Source of the DNA: Mizuhopecten yessoensis | Lineage: Eukaryota | NCBI RefSeq assembly: GCF_002113885.1 | Contig: NW_018405900.1 | Location: forward strand, 1,234,142-1,298,141 | DNA: 64,000 bases | Direction of reading: 5' to 3' | Part shown: piece after piece, positions 12,970 through 26,200 of the stretch | How positions within the stretch are numbered: position 1 is the first letter of the stretch | Layout: every line of letters starts with the position of its first letter | The notes under the pieces: model-generated | What the model saw: only the letters and a program-made list of their open reading frames with translations | Told to the model about the DNA's origin: nothing | Database searches by the model: none | Program-made: the position numbers and the translations under genes

Positions 12970-13906
12970 AGGGACATCACGTGAAGAGTCATATGCTTTT
13001 ATTGTGCCAATAACGTCACCTGACGGTTTTGAAACGAGGCAGTAAACACAGGTGGTCTGACCGAGATGCAAAGTTTCCAAAGGGGCCCCCAGAGATCTAG
13101 AGGGGCCGTTAGACAACTATAACTTCTTACCGCACTATGAAACCAAGGACTAACTGATGGCATATCTGGAAATGTAATTGGTATACTAACTATATTATTG
13201 CCTCTGTTTATAATACAATATACGGGTAGACTACATACCTCACTTCCGAGTATAATTCCAGGGTTGGAGGAGTGCTTTTCGGGGTGAATTTGTTTAGTTA
13301 TCAGTCGTGAGTTTTCGCCGATACCAGGCGGTGTGTTTGCAAGTTTAGAAGAAATAATGACCCATATAAGAATGTTCTCTGTGGTTTAATCTATTGCTGA
13401 AAATGTGAGGAATTGATCCAAAAAGCCCCAAGAACATACACGCCTTTGAAGTAAGGAAAATATTAAAAAAATCACCGATCACCGCCTGCCTTTTAGCAAT
13501 ATCCGGTGTCGTTAACACAGTGTTAGAGACATAGAAGAGTATTTAGATATGGTTTGGAATATGCGTTAGATTCAAAATAAATGCATGTGCTTGTATTCAG
13601 AGACGTACATATTACATAACATACTAATGTAATATATACGTCTCTGTTGTATTTCAAAGAAGCTTGGTGAATAAAGGAATAATTTACCTTTCCACCTTGG
13701 CTGGAAGGACATTTAATTCACCGACAGCCGCCGCTAAAACGTACAGCTATACAGTTAAAGATTTCTTCATTACTGTTTTAAACGTCAAGAAAACATTGAC
13801 CCTTGTAAATTTCTTTACATGAATTGTTCATAAGTAGTATCAAACTATTATTGTGAAGACTATTGTATCAAGATTAAAAAAAAAAACACTTAACTAAACT
13901 GTCCCT
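12970..13906. mobile_element. Non-autonomous TIR element with TTAA target duplication (Kolobok-like)
   Basis: TTAA|AGGGACA ... TGTCCCT|TTAA. TTAA TSD with AG termini fits the Kolobok superfamily. Confidence 0.55.
13598..13646. mobile_element. 49-bp TIR remnant with 7-bp target-site duplication
   Basis: TTGTATT|CAGAGACGTA...TACGTCTCTG|TTGTATT. Confidence 0.7.
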
Positions 13907-14254
13907 TTAAGGTTTTTGTCAAACCTTTTATTCCTAAAGTAGTCTTGGCATAGCAATAAAAGAATATATACGAAAGTAGGAAGACGGATATATGATTCCT
14001 AGGAGAATGAAGACAATGTTATTGTTTGTACAAACTTTGACATTTGCTTTACTTTCAATTGTTCCTCATGCGAACACATGATAAGCATAGTGACGTCATA
14101 TACTTAATGCATTGTCCTTTTGTTGATGACGTCATGTGACTTCTACCGTAGTAACAATATATCAGACATCATCCTGTTCGCCGATAAGTGATCCTGTACA
14201 TTCCCACACCGTAGTATCTCGTGAAGTCGACGCGAGGTTGTACCCCAGGCGAAA

Positions 14255-17200
14255 ATGGATGTCCTGCCCTTCCTACTCGTCGAGGAGGCCATCAAGAAAA
14301 ACAAAGCTTCTGTGAAGTAGGTCACCATTAGCTTATTCTATCACTTGTATCGCTATTCATACATGTAGCTAATATTAAGATTCGTAGGCATCGTTTTGTG
14401 CTGCGCTATCTCGAAATAATGAGGTTCTTCTTTGCTCTGTTCTGTCTTGATGCCCTTGAGTTCTTTTGTCACTTGCTGTGTAGAATACTTCTACTTCTAC
14501 CATTTTATTACCTACTTCCGCATAGTGAAGATCATGTCATATAAAGGTGTAGCGCTATGAAAGAAAAGGAACAGGACTTAATATTGATGAACAGAGATAT
14601 ATGATTTGAAGGGCAGTAGTGAATCAGAAGAAATAATTTGAGAAGAGAGTTTGTTCCAATCTTTGATAGTCCGAGGAAAGAATGATTCCTTCCTTACAGA
14701 CGTCCTGCATGAGATAGTTTGAAATGAGGTTCGATGACTATGCCTTGTTTGTCTGGTTATAGGGGTGAGCTGTTTAGTAATAATGGCAACTTTATTATGG
14801 TGGATTTTATAGAACATGGACAGCCTCGCGTCTTTCCTGCGATCTGAAAGACTACGCCATTTTAGGTGTTCTAACATGTTGCCAACGCTGGAGGTGTTAC
14901 AATAGCGGTTGGCAACGAAGCCGGCAGTCCTGCGCTGTACCATCTCTAGCTTGTCTATTTTTAAGTAAGGGTCCCATACTGGCTAGCGTATTCAACCTGA
15001 GGGCGGTCCAGGGACTTATAGGCCATTTGTTTGATGTTAGAGGATGACATTTTGAGATTGCGCCTCAGGAAACCCAGAGTTGAATTGGCCTTTTTTGTGA
15101 TGTTATTGATATGAGTACTCCACTTCAGATCAGAAGAATTGAATAGAATTGATGAATACTGCTGGATGATGTTGGCTTTTACAACATTTTGTAAATGTTT
15201 GTTTCCATCGACGATGTTGTAACGATTCCCACTGCAGTCTTGGGTGAGGCCTGGTTCCGTGCACACGCCTAAAAAAAAACCAAAACAATCTTTTAAAACA
15301 GTTTAACTGGCGATGTCTCGATTGCTCTCGCAGCAGGACAATTGAGATGATGGATATAAAACAATTCAATTCAAGTCAAATTTATTTGGTAAAAAGGTAC
15401 AACTTAACAATTTCATACAGTACCCAATACATTTTTTGGCACTAATAATTTATATAACTGGTTACATTATAAAACATATGAATGTAAAATTATATACGTC
15501 TCTAAAAAAAGTTATCACAATTTTATAAATTACCAGATAGGTAATGGCTATTCCTACGAAAAATAAAATAACTAAAATATATGTCGCCCTTAAAACCAGG
15601 AATACCCAGAAAGCCCTGAAGCTTATTTCCACTGGGGTCCATTAAAAGACACATACACACTACTTAAGTAAAAAATACTATAGTTATTATATTTGAAGAT
15701 AACTCAATTTTTATGTTGAAACTGATGTTAAGGATCCCCGTCCCTCCACCTAAAAACGTAATGAGGCATTTTTTTTTTGGTCTACAGCATCTCTATTGCA
15801 TAAGCAAATTATTTCTGAACAATAACCCATACCTTGCGAGATTTTCTTCAGATTTTTTGGGAAATCATGAAATTTCGATTTTTTTCCAATTGAACAAAAT
15901 GAAACAAAATATATATTATTCGATGCAAAAATGGTTTATTACAAATATAACACATAAAATCCTTAATATATAGGTTATAACTTAAAACACGTTGCATTGA
16001 AGTACAGCACCCATATTGTGAACACACTCACACACACATACACAAAACTATATATAAAACATATTACGTCAATAAAATACAAATACCTGATCCTGTTCTC
16101 TATTCAGTTTTTCAAAAAGATGTTTTTTGATCGCAACTTTGAATGATCTTTCTGGTAAAGAATTCCAATCTTTAGCAGCATTGCAATAAAACATGGTAGA
16201 TTCTGCCCCACTCACAATTTGGAATATAAAAATTGTATTCACTAGATTTTGTATAGTGTTGCTGCAGTTCTGTTAGGCTTTTGAAGTCAGTTTTTAAATA
16301 GGAGAGGCATTTGTCATTAAAGATATTAAAAGCATGGTTTACTCTGACTTGTTTTACTCTGTTACTAACATTAATCATATTTAGACTAGATAATTCATTG
16401 TAACCAATTATTGACCTGGAATCTAATTTAAGAAAAAATCTAATAACTTTATTTCGTGAAATCTGCAGTCTTTGTTTTAGTTTTTTTAGTTAAACCAGAG
16501 TACCAGGATGAGCAAGAGTAATCAAATTGACATTGTATTATGGCTGAGCATAAGATTTTCCTGGTGGACAGTGGAAGAGAACTTGTTTGCCTATATAGAA
16601 ATTTAAGTCTACTACTAGTTGAAGAGAACTTGTCTGCCTATATAGAAATTTAAGTCTACTACTTGTGGAAGAGAACTTGTCTGCCTATATAGAAATTTAA
16701 GTCTACTACTAGTGGAAGAGAACTTGTTTGCCTATATAGAAATTTAAGTCTACTACTTACTTTTTTACAATGCTGTTGACTATACATTCACCAGATAAAA
16801 AAGCAATCAATGGACAAACCAAGATAGTTGACGAAGGCTGCATCAGAATAGCATGACCATTACAAATAATTTTAAACTGTTCAACATTTTTTAGCTTTCT
16901 CTTAGTTCCAAAGAGGATGCATTCCCTAGATGTATAATGGCAGTTTATTATCAACTAGCCAATCTGAGCATGATTCTAGAACCTGGCCCAATTTGGTTGA
17001 TATACATTTTGGGTCAGAGTGAGAAAAAGGAATTGTACTGTCATCAGCATAAAAAATAGGTTTGCAAGCAGGATCTATACTGATTAGCATGTCATTACAG
17101 TATTTCAACACGTATGTTGTTTAATGTTCCTTCCTGTTTAAAATGTACGTACTGTTTTGGAGTGGTTGATGTTGTATGTAAAGTTTTGGAGTGGTATATC

Positions 17201-20200
17201 TGTATGTTTTACATCCAGTTGTGGAGTGGTATATCTGTATGTTTTACATCCAGTTGTGGAGTAGTATATCTGTCTGCTAAGCATGTAGTTGAAAATTGGT
17301 ATACCTGCCTGTATAATACACAGTTGTGGAGTGGTAAATCTGTCTGTATAATACACAGTTGTGGAGTGGTAAATCTGTCTGTATAATGTACAGTTGTGGA
17401 GTGGTATACCTGTCTGTATAATACACAGTTGTGGAGTGGTAAATCTGTCTGTATAATACACAGTTGTGGAGTGGTAAATATGTCTGTATAATACACAGTT
17501 GTGGAGTGGTACACCTGTCTGTATAATACACAGTTGTGGAGTGGTATACCTGTCTGTATAATACACAGTTGTGGAGTGGTAAATTTGTCTGTATAATGTA
17601 CAGTTGTGGAGTGGTAAATCTGTCTGTATAATGTACAGTTGTGGAGTGGTAAATCTGTCTGTATAATGTACAGTTGTGGAGTGGTATACCTGTCTGTATA
17701 ATACACAGTTGTGGAGTGGTAAATCTGTCTGTATAATACACAGTTGTGGAGTGGTAAATATGTCTGTATAATACACAGTTGTGGAGTGGTACACCTGTCT
17801 GTATAATACACAGTTGTGGAGTGGTATACCTGTCTGTATAATACACAGTTGTGGAGTGGTAAATTTGTCTGTATAATGTACAGTTGTGGAGTGGTAAATC
17901 TGTCTGTATAATGTACAGTTGTGGAGTGGTAAATCTGTCTGTATAATGTACAGTTGTGGAGTGGTATACCTGTCTGTATAATACACAGTTGTGGAGTGGT
18001 AAATCTGTCTGTATAATACACAGTTGTGGAGTGGTAAATCTGTCTGTATAATGTACAGTTGTGGAGTGGTAAATCTGTCTGTATAATGTACAGTTGTGGA
18101 GTGGTATACCTGTCTGTATAATACACAGTTGTGGAGTGGTAAATCTGTCTGTATAATACACAGTTGTGGAGTGGTAAATATGTCTGTATAATACACAGTT
18201 GTGGAGTGGTACACCTGTCTGTATAATACACAGTTGTGGAGTGGTATACCTGTCTGTATAATACACAGTTGTGGAGTGGTAAATTTGTCTGTATAATGTA
18301 CAGTTGTGGAGTGGTAAATCTGTCTGTATAATGTACAGTTGTGGAGTGGTAAATCTGTCTGTATAATGTACAGTTGTGGAGTGGTATACCTGTCTGTATA
18401 ATACACAGTTGTGGAGTGGTAAATCTGTCTGTATAATACACAGTTGTGGAGTGGTAAATATGTCTGTATAATACACAGTTGTGGAGTGGTACACCTGTCT
18501 GTATAATACACAGTTGTGGAGTGGTATACCTGTCTGTATAATACACAGTTGTGGAGTGGTAAATTTGTCTGTATAATGTACAGTTGTGGAGTGGTAAATC
18601 TGTCTGTATAATGTACAGTTGTGGAGTGGTAAATCTGTCTGTATAATGTACAGTTGTGGAGTGGTATACCTGTCTGTATAATACACAGTTGTGGAGTGGT
18701 AAATCTGTCTGTATAATACACAGTTGTGGAGTGGTAAATATGTCTGTATAATACACAGTTGTGGAGTGGTACACCTGTCTGTATAATACACAGTTGTGGA
18801 GTGGTATACCTGTCTGTATAATACACAGTTGTGGAGTGGTAAATTTGTCTGTATAATGTACAGTTGTGGAGTGGTAAATCTGTCTGTATAATGTACAGTT
18901 GTGGAGTGGTAAATCTGTCTGTATAATGTACAGTTGTGGAGTGGTATACCTGTCTGTATAATACACAGTTGTGGAGTGGTAAATCTGTCTGTATAATACA
19001 CAGTTGTGGAGTGGTAAATATGTCTGTATAATACACAGTTGTGGAGTGGTACACCTGTCTGTATAATACACAGTTGTGGAGTGGTATACCTGTCTGTATA
19101 ATACACAGTTGTGGAGTGGTAAATTTGTCTGTATAATGTACAGTTGTGGAGTGGTAAATCTGTCTGTATAATGTACAGTTGTGGAGTGGTAAATCTGTCT
19201 GTATAATGTACAGTTGTGGAGTGGTATACCTGTCTGTATAATACACAGTTGTGGAGTGGTAAATCTGTCTGTATAATACACAGTTGTGGAGTGGTAAATA
19301 TGTCTGTATAATACACAGTTGTGGAGTGGTACACCTGTCTGTATAATACACAGTTGTGGAGTGGTATACCTGTCTGTATAATACACAGTTGTGGAGTGGT
19401 AAATTTGTCTGTATAATGTACAGTTGTGGAGTGGTAAATCTGTCTGTATAATGTACAGTTGTGGAGTGGTAAATCTGTCTGTATAATGTACAGTTGTGGA
19501 GTGGTATACCTGTCTGTATAATACACAGTTGTGGAGTGGTAAATCTGTCTGTATAATACACAGTTGTGGAGTGGTAAATATGTCTGTATAATACACAGTT
19601 GTGGAGTGGTACACCTGTCTGTATAATACACAGTTGTGGAGTGGTATACCTGTCTGTATAATACACAGTTGTGGAGTGGTAAATTTGTCTGTATAATGTA
19701 CAGTTGTGGAGTGGTAAATCTGTCTGTATAATGTACAGTTGTGGAGTGGTAAATCTGTCTGTATAATGTACAGTTGTGGAGTGGTATACCTGTCTGTATA
19801 ATACACAGTTGTGGAGTGGTAAATCTGTCTGTATAATACACAGTTGTGGAGTGGTAAATATGTCTGTATAATACACAGTTGTGGAGTGGTACACCTGTCT
19901 GTATAATACACAGTTGTGGAGTGGTATACCTGTCTGTATAATACACAGTTGTGGAGTGGTAAATTTGTCTGTATAATGTACAGTTGTGGAGTGGTAAATC
20001 TGTCTGTATAATGTACAGTTGTGGAGTGGTAAATCTGTCTGTATAATGTACAGTTGTGGAGTGGTATACCTGTCTGTATAATACACAGTTGTGGAGTGGT
20101 AAATCTGTCTGTATAATACACAGTTGTGGAGTGGTAAATATGTCTGTATAATACACAGTTGTGGAGTGGTACACCTGTCTGTATAATACACAGTTGTGGA

Positions 20201-23200
20201 GTGGTATACCTGTCTGTATAATACACAGTTGTGGAGTGGTAAATTTGTCTGTATAATGTACAGTTGTGGAGTGGTAAATCTGTCTGTATAATGTACAGTT
20301 GTGGAGTGGTAAATCTGTCTGTATAATGTACAGTTGTGGAGTGGTATACCTGTCTGTATAATACACAGTTGTGGAGTGGTAAATCTGTCTGTATAATACA
20401 CAGTTGTGGAGTGGTAAATATGTCTGTATAATACACAGTTGTGGAGTGGTACACCTGTCTGTATAATACACAGTTGTGGAGTGGTATACCTGTCTGTATA
20501 ATACACAGTTGTGGAGTGGTAAATTTGTCTGTATAATGTACAGTTGTGGAGTGGTAAATCTGTCTGTATAATGTACAGTTGTGAAGTGGTATACTTGTCT
20601 GTATAATACACAGTTTTGGAGTGGTATATCTGTCTGCTAAGCATGTAGTTGCAGATTGGTAAATCTGTCTGTATAATACACAGTTGTGGAGTGGTGGGGG
20701 TGGCATACCTGTCTGTATAATACACAGTTGTGGAGTGGTATATCATTCTGTATAATGTACAGTTGTGGAGTGGTATACTTGTCTGTATAATACACAGTTG
20801 CGGAGTGCTATAGTTGTCTGTATAATGTACAGTTGTCGAGTGGTTTACCTGTCTGTATAATGTACAATTGTTGTGGAGTGGTATACCTGTCTGGTTAATG
20901 TTCAATTGTAGAGTGATATATTTGTTTGTATTACCTGTCTGTCTAATGTACAAATGTGGAGTGGTATACTTGTCTATTATATTTACAGTTATTGGGGGTA
21001 AATAAATTTTCATTTCTGAATTTTTAAGCTCTTATCATCGCCAAATTACAGGTAATTGATGACCCAGCCTGGATCAAATTAATGTAGATATGAGAGGTAA
21101 TATTTGTATGCTGGTTGATTTTCAGGTTACAGGAATATGTTGCCCTGATGGTATGGGAGCGAGCACGTGTGGAGCAGACCTACATCAAGAACCTCAATGG
21201 GTGGGCGGACAAAATAGTAAAGGAGGGCAAAGGTACGTTCTCAAAATTAACCTGCTTAGGTATTCCAGGCTTGTCATTTTTTTCCGTTTGTACAGAGCAA
21301 TGTTACAAAAAGATTTAGGGATTTAAAGTGTGTTCAACTTAGTGTTCTTGTCCGACTTTCAAGGTCACAAAGGTCAAATGTGTTTTAATCTTGTATCATG
21401 TTCGTTTGAATAACTTAATATATACTGATAGTTTGCCTATAGGTATATTTTAGTCCACTTTTAAGGTTACAAGAGTGTGATATTAATACAAGGTGAGCGA
21501 TGCAGTCACATTGCGCCTCTTGTTTCTTAAATATTGGCATAACCTGAGCATATTTGAGACTGGAAAAGTATATTTTTGTATGAAAAAATACATGATCTGC
21601 AAAAACTGTACGGACAGGAGGAATGGCGCTTGACTTCATAACACTGATAGAGATACATAAATACATTGTACCATCAATGATTTGTATGTGAAGCATGTAT
21701 GGTACTGATGAATAGTTACAATTACCACAGAGTGCGTAGGATGTGTTCAGAAGTTTTGCACAATTTTGATAATTATAAAAAGTATTTGATGGACAAAATG
21801 TAAAGTACACAGTAAATAATACAGCAACACAATGTTTCGCGTGTTCCCTCGGCAACAGATTTCCGGGACAATGAGGTGTTCCAGATGATAGCCGACATTT
21901 TGCCCGGAGAGGCTGAACTGACCGCCGCTGCCCATCAGCGCGTGTACAACCAAATCTTAGAGGACAGTGGGCCTTACAACATCCTATATAGGTATAGTCC
22001 CTATAAACAACTCTATTTATCAAAGAAAACTATATCAAATATTTAAATTGATGTTGTTAAAACGAACCTTGTAGGACGTTGTTTTTGTTTTGTTTTTCGT
22101 TTTTGTCTTTTGTTTGTATGTTTGTTTACTAATTTAAACTTCTTTATTTTTTGTTTAATTTAATTTTTGTTCTGCTTTTGTTATCGCTGTAATGGGTACT
22201 TACATTTCTTGTACAGTCTGACAATCTTTACTACTTTTTCCCTAGTTCATATAAATGTAGTGAACTCTACCGACGTGATGATACATGTACGTATTTACAC
22301 TGACAGGGACATGGGATTGACGGAAGGAATCTTCCATCGGAACTGCCGAGGGGTCGCGGGTATCGAGGAAGACTTCGTCAAGGACAACAGGAATAGGGTT
22401 AATTTGGAGTCGGTGCATTCCCATAGGAAGAAGGTATCGATAGTTACTGCTATATTTGTTCTCGTTCAACTTGTGCCAAAAACACAGCGGACGGATGCTG
22501 GCAATGGGACTTCGGATATACTGTAAATAAAGTGATTGCTATTCAGTTGCTCACCACGGGTTCAGCGATTAGATCGCTTCAAAACGAGTCCTACTGTAAA
22601 GTTTTCTTGTGTTTTCATACTAATTTTATAACGTAAAAAGCTACCCAAGGAGTGCAAAAATTGGGACTCCATCTAGAATCCATAAAATATACAATAGTAT
22701 TGTTTCCATTTCTACAGTGTCACATCCAAAATCAATATAGAAAAAAAAATCGATTTCACGCGTAAATAATAATCATTCGCAAACAACACATTACAGGCAA
22801 TGCAGGATTGTAAGGTAAAATTGGACCTGCTCGAGTCACAGATGACCTCCAGAAGTCGTCTGGCCACTAGACGGTCATCGAAGGGGCGCCGAGTGGACAG
22901 TCTGATGAACAAGATGATAGACCAGAAGCGCAAGCATGACTTGGAAGAGGAGGGGTCAGAGGTAGCAGAACGGGAACTCGAGTCACTTTGTCAAGGCAAA
23001 AAAATGGTATGTTTAGAATAAATTTAAATCCATATTGAATACACACCACCATGAAATGTTCGCCGACATGCATAACTGGGATGACATAATACACGAAGAT
23101 GTTTGGCGCGGCAAGTTCTTCCCCAAAATCGAGGGGGTGGAGGGGACACTTTTCTTTCTTTGTAACTTCTGATTTTAATGTTGCAGTTGTGTGTTTTACT

Positions 23201-26200
23201 TTAAATGCCTTGATTCCGTTCTATCATGTTGACGGCCATGTGTTCCCCTTTAAAGGACCAAGATGTGATCATTTTCAATATTTTCTACACCAACGAATCT
23301 GTATAATTTGTTTGCTTAAGTGGTGTTCAGTAATGTCATAATCTAAAGGTTAGAGTAGTCGGAGTTACCTCCCCTACTACGTAGTGTGCCATTAATCATA
23401 AAATTCAAATTCGCGTTGTAAAGTTGACACATTATTATTATTGTTTTCTGTATCTGCCATATTGACAAGACTTGATTTACCTTAGGTGGCACCTCATTTT
23501 ATTTTCGGTTTTTCCATGTTTTTGTTGCAGACACTTCTAGAAATGTTGAAGGATTTAAATGTGTTGGAAAAAGATAGAGTTCGGCTAATGTTTGCACAGC
23601 TTATAGAATTCATGACCAGACTTCGTCATATCGAGATGCCGGAAGAGAGGTAACCACATACAAAAACATTTAAATATTTGATCATGACTTTACAAAATTA
23701 ATGCGGAGTTCCTATTAATTATGCAAACTTTATTGTAAACATATTGCATATCCTTATGATTTAAATTAAATGAGTCTTGAAATATGCCATTTCTTTAAAA
23801 CAAAATCTTCTTCAACTGCGTCCCGTTCAGCGTTTGGGTAATGGTTACAACTGGTTATCCTGTTGTCGGTATTATGTGACCGGGCGGAGTGGTAGCTGGT
23901 GTCTTCGGCATGGTATTTCAGTGAGAACTGTATCAGATCCGCGCTATCACACCAATATACCCTCTCCGACACACATACACACATGCACGCTTACACAGCA
24001 CACATTGAGGCACGTTATTCAATGACCTTAGCTGTTAATAGGAGGCTAAACACAGTGGCGGATCCAGAGGTTTTTTTGGGCTTCAGGAAACCCCCCCACC
24101 CTAAATTTTTTCTTTAAAAATCATGTATTTTCACCATTTTCCTCAATTTTTCCCCACGTGGAAACCCCCCCAGGAAATTTGGAACCCCCCTCCCCCCCAA
24201 ATAAGTCTCTGGATCCGCCACTGAAACAATATAAAACCAAACTATTTGAGTTACAGCGCCACTAGACGGCGCGCGATGGATGACATGCTGAAGGCGCTGT
24301 CTAACGTGGATGCGCTCAGTGTGGCCGACGCCGCCTGGCAGAAGATGGAGCGAGCTGCAAAGGCCCGCAAAGTTGGGACCGTCTTTTCCCTACAGGTCAG
24401 TTCAGTAAAAGAGTTCAAAATAGAATGACAGTGTATCTTTAGAAGAGAGATTTTCCCCTGGTACTTTAGCTTTTCATTTTCGAATTACACCCTGTAGATC
24501 CATTGTTTAGAAAAAATAAATGTTCGGCTATATTATGACCCAAAAAGGACGTCTTGCAGGTACAAAATGACATGCAGACACATTTTCTGATGGGCATTTA
24601 CAATTTAATGAGCATTTATCCTTAACTTTTTTATGACGTCATAATAGACTTAATGACCTCACAACAAACTTTATGACGTCACAATGCGAAAATTCGTCGG
24701 CATTGGAAACGAAGACTCATATGTTAGAAAGAGGTGTTATTTTTGTATTCTCACAGGCCTTGTTGACGTGCTGAGACAATGTAAACGGTTTATCAATGAG
24801 TAGGACATGCTACATCGAAATGTTGATGTTTAATCTACTAATACACACATGAAGCATGCGAATGAAAATTACCGTACCTTTTTGTCCTGTGTTTTACCAG
24901 GATCTGATAACCCCGAGTGCGATTCCTGGCAATGTTCGGCCATCAATGGCCCCGTCTCTCGTGCGGACGTCACCCTCCGGGACCCCTGGTATTGTCTTGC
25001 CCCCCGCCGGTGGAACACCAATTCCTCCTAGTGATGCTAGAGAACGGAAGAGGTAGGGATGCTTATTTTGTTTCCTAGGGGTACATCTAAAGTCAAATGA
25101 TGATTCCTGGACGGTCCCTAATTGTTTGACGAAATGATAATATTGGTGGAAAATAACATCGGAATTCGGATAATTGTCCAGCTGCATGTCTTTTCGAATA
25201 TCATTGGTAAAATAAATCTACCAAATTTATTTTTTGAGAAGTTAATTATTAACAATGCCCATCATCACAAATATCGCATGATATTTCAACATTTCTCCTT
25301 TTCAAATCCTGCTAACATTCACCCTTCAGCAGCAGGCCATTTGGCGGAAGGATTCGCCCTCGAGATCGCGATACACGGAGAAATCCCCCCAGGAGCAACA
25401 AAAGTCCAGTAACATTCACAAGTGTGCACGTGTTTGAGCCACCGACCAGTTCGTCGTCAGAAGAGTCAGTGACCAGGGTGATGGAACTGGCAAAGCGGCA
25501 TCAGCATCGTCAAGAGGAGGAACCAGAACGTGTGATTCTGTTTACCAGGCCTGATATCTCGGACACTTCGGGTTGGTATTATTATCTATGGCTCGAGGGG
25601 AATAGGGGGGATTGCCTTCCTGTTTATATATTATGTTCGTAAAGGCGACTTAACTGAGAAAAACGTCACGTGTAATCCATGATGCTCCGTAAGACACATA
25701 TATATCTAGTTTTTTAACTTTGTGCCTGATGGCACATGTATATCAAATGATCCAACTATGCACCTGGATGCTCACATATATCTAGCGCCCCATATATGCG
25801 GCTGATGGCAAACTTATATCTCGTGTTCCAACAACGCTCCTAATAGCACACCTACACGCCATTTCCCTACTTTGCTAAAGATGACAAACATACATGTTCG
25901 GCTGATGACACCTAGGTATCTGTTCGGCTGATATCACACAGGTATCTGTTCGGCTGATACCACACAGGTAACTGTTCGGCTGATGACACCCAGGTATCTG
26001 TTCGGCTGATATCACACAGGTATCTGTTCAGCTGATATCACACAGGTATCTGTTCGGCTGATGACAAACATGCCAATATCACATTCGTAGCTGCACAAGC
26101 TTGCTTTTGTTACTTTATATACTCTTATGTAAGCATGCCTTTAGATGATAATACTCCATTCGTTGCCTTGATAGTAAGAGGTTCTTGAAACCACCTGTTT

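Noticed and set aside
17138-21013. Three overlapping ORFs of more than 1000 aa on the minus strand
   Set aside because: A stop-free 35-bp unit opens all three frames; no domain content, and it lies antisense within an intron.
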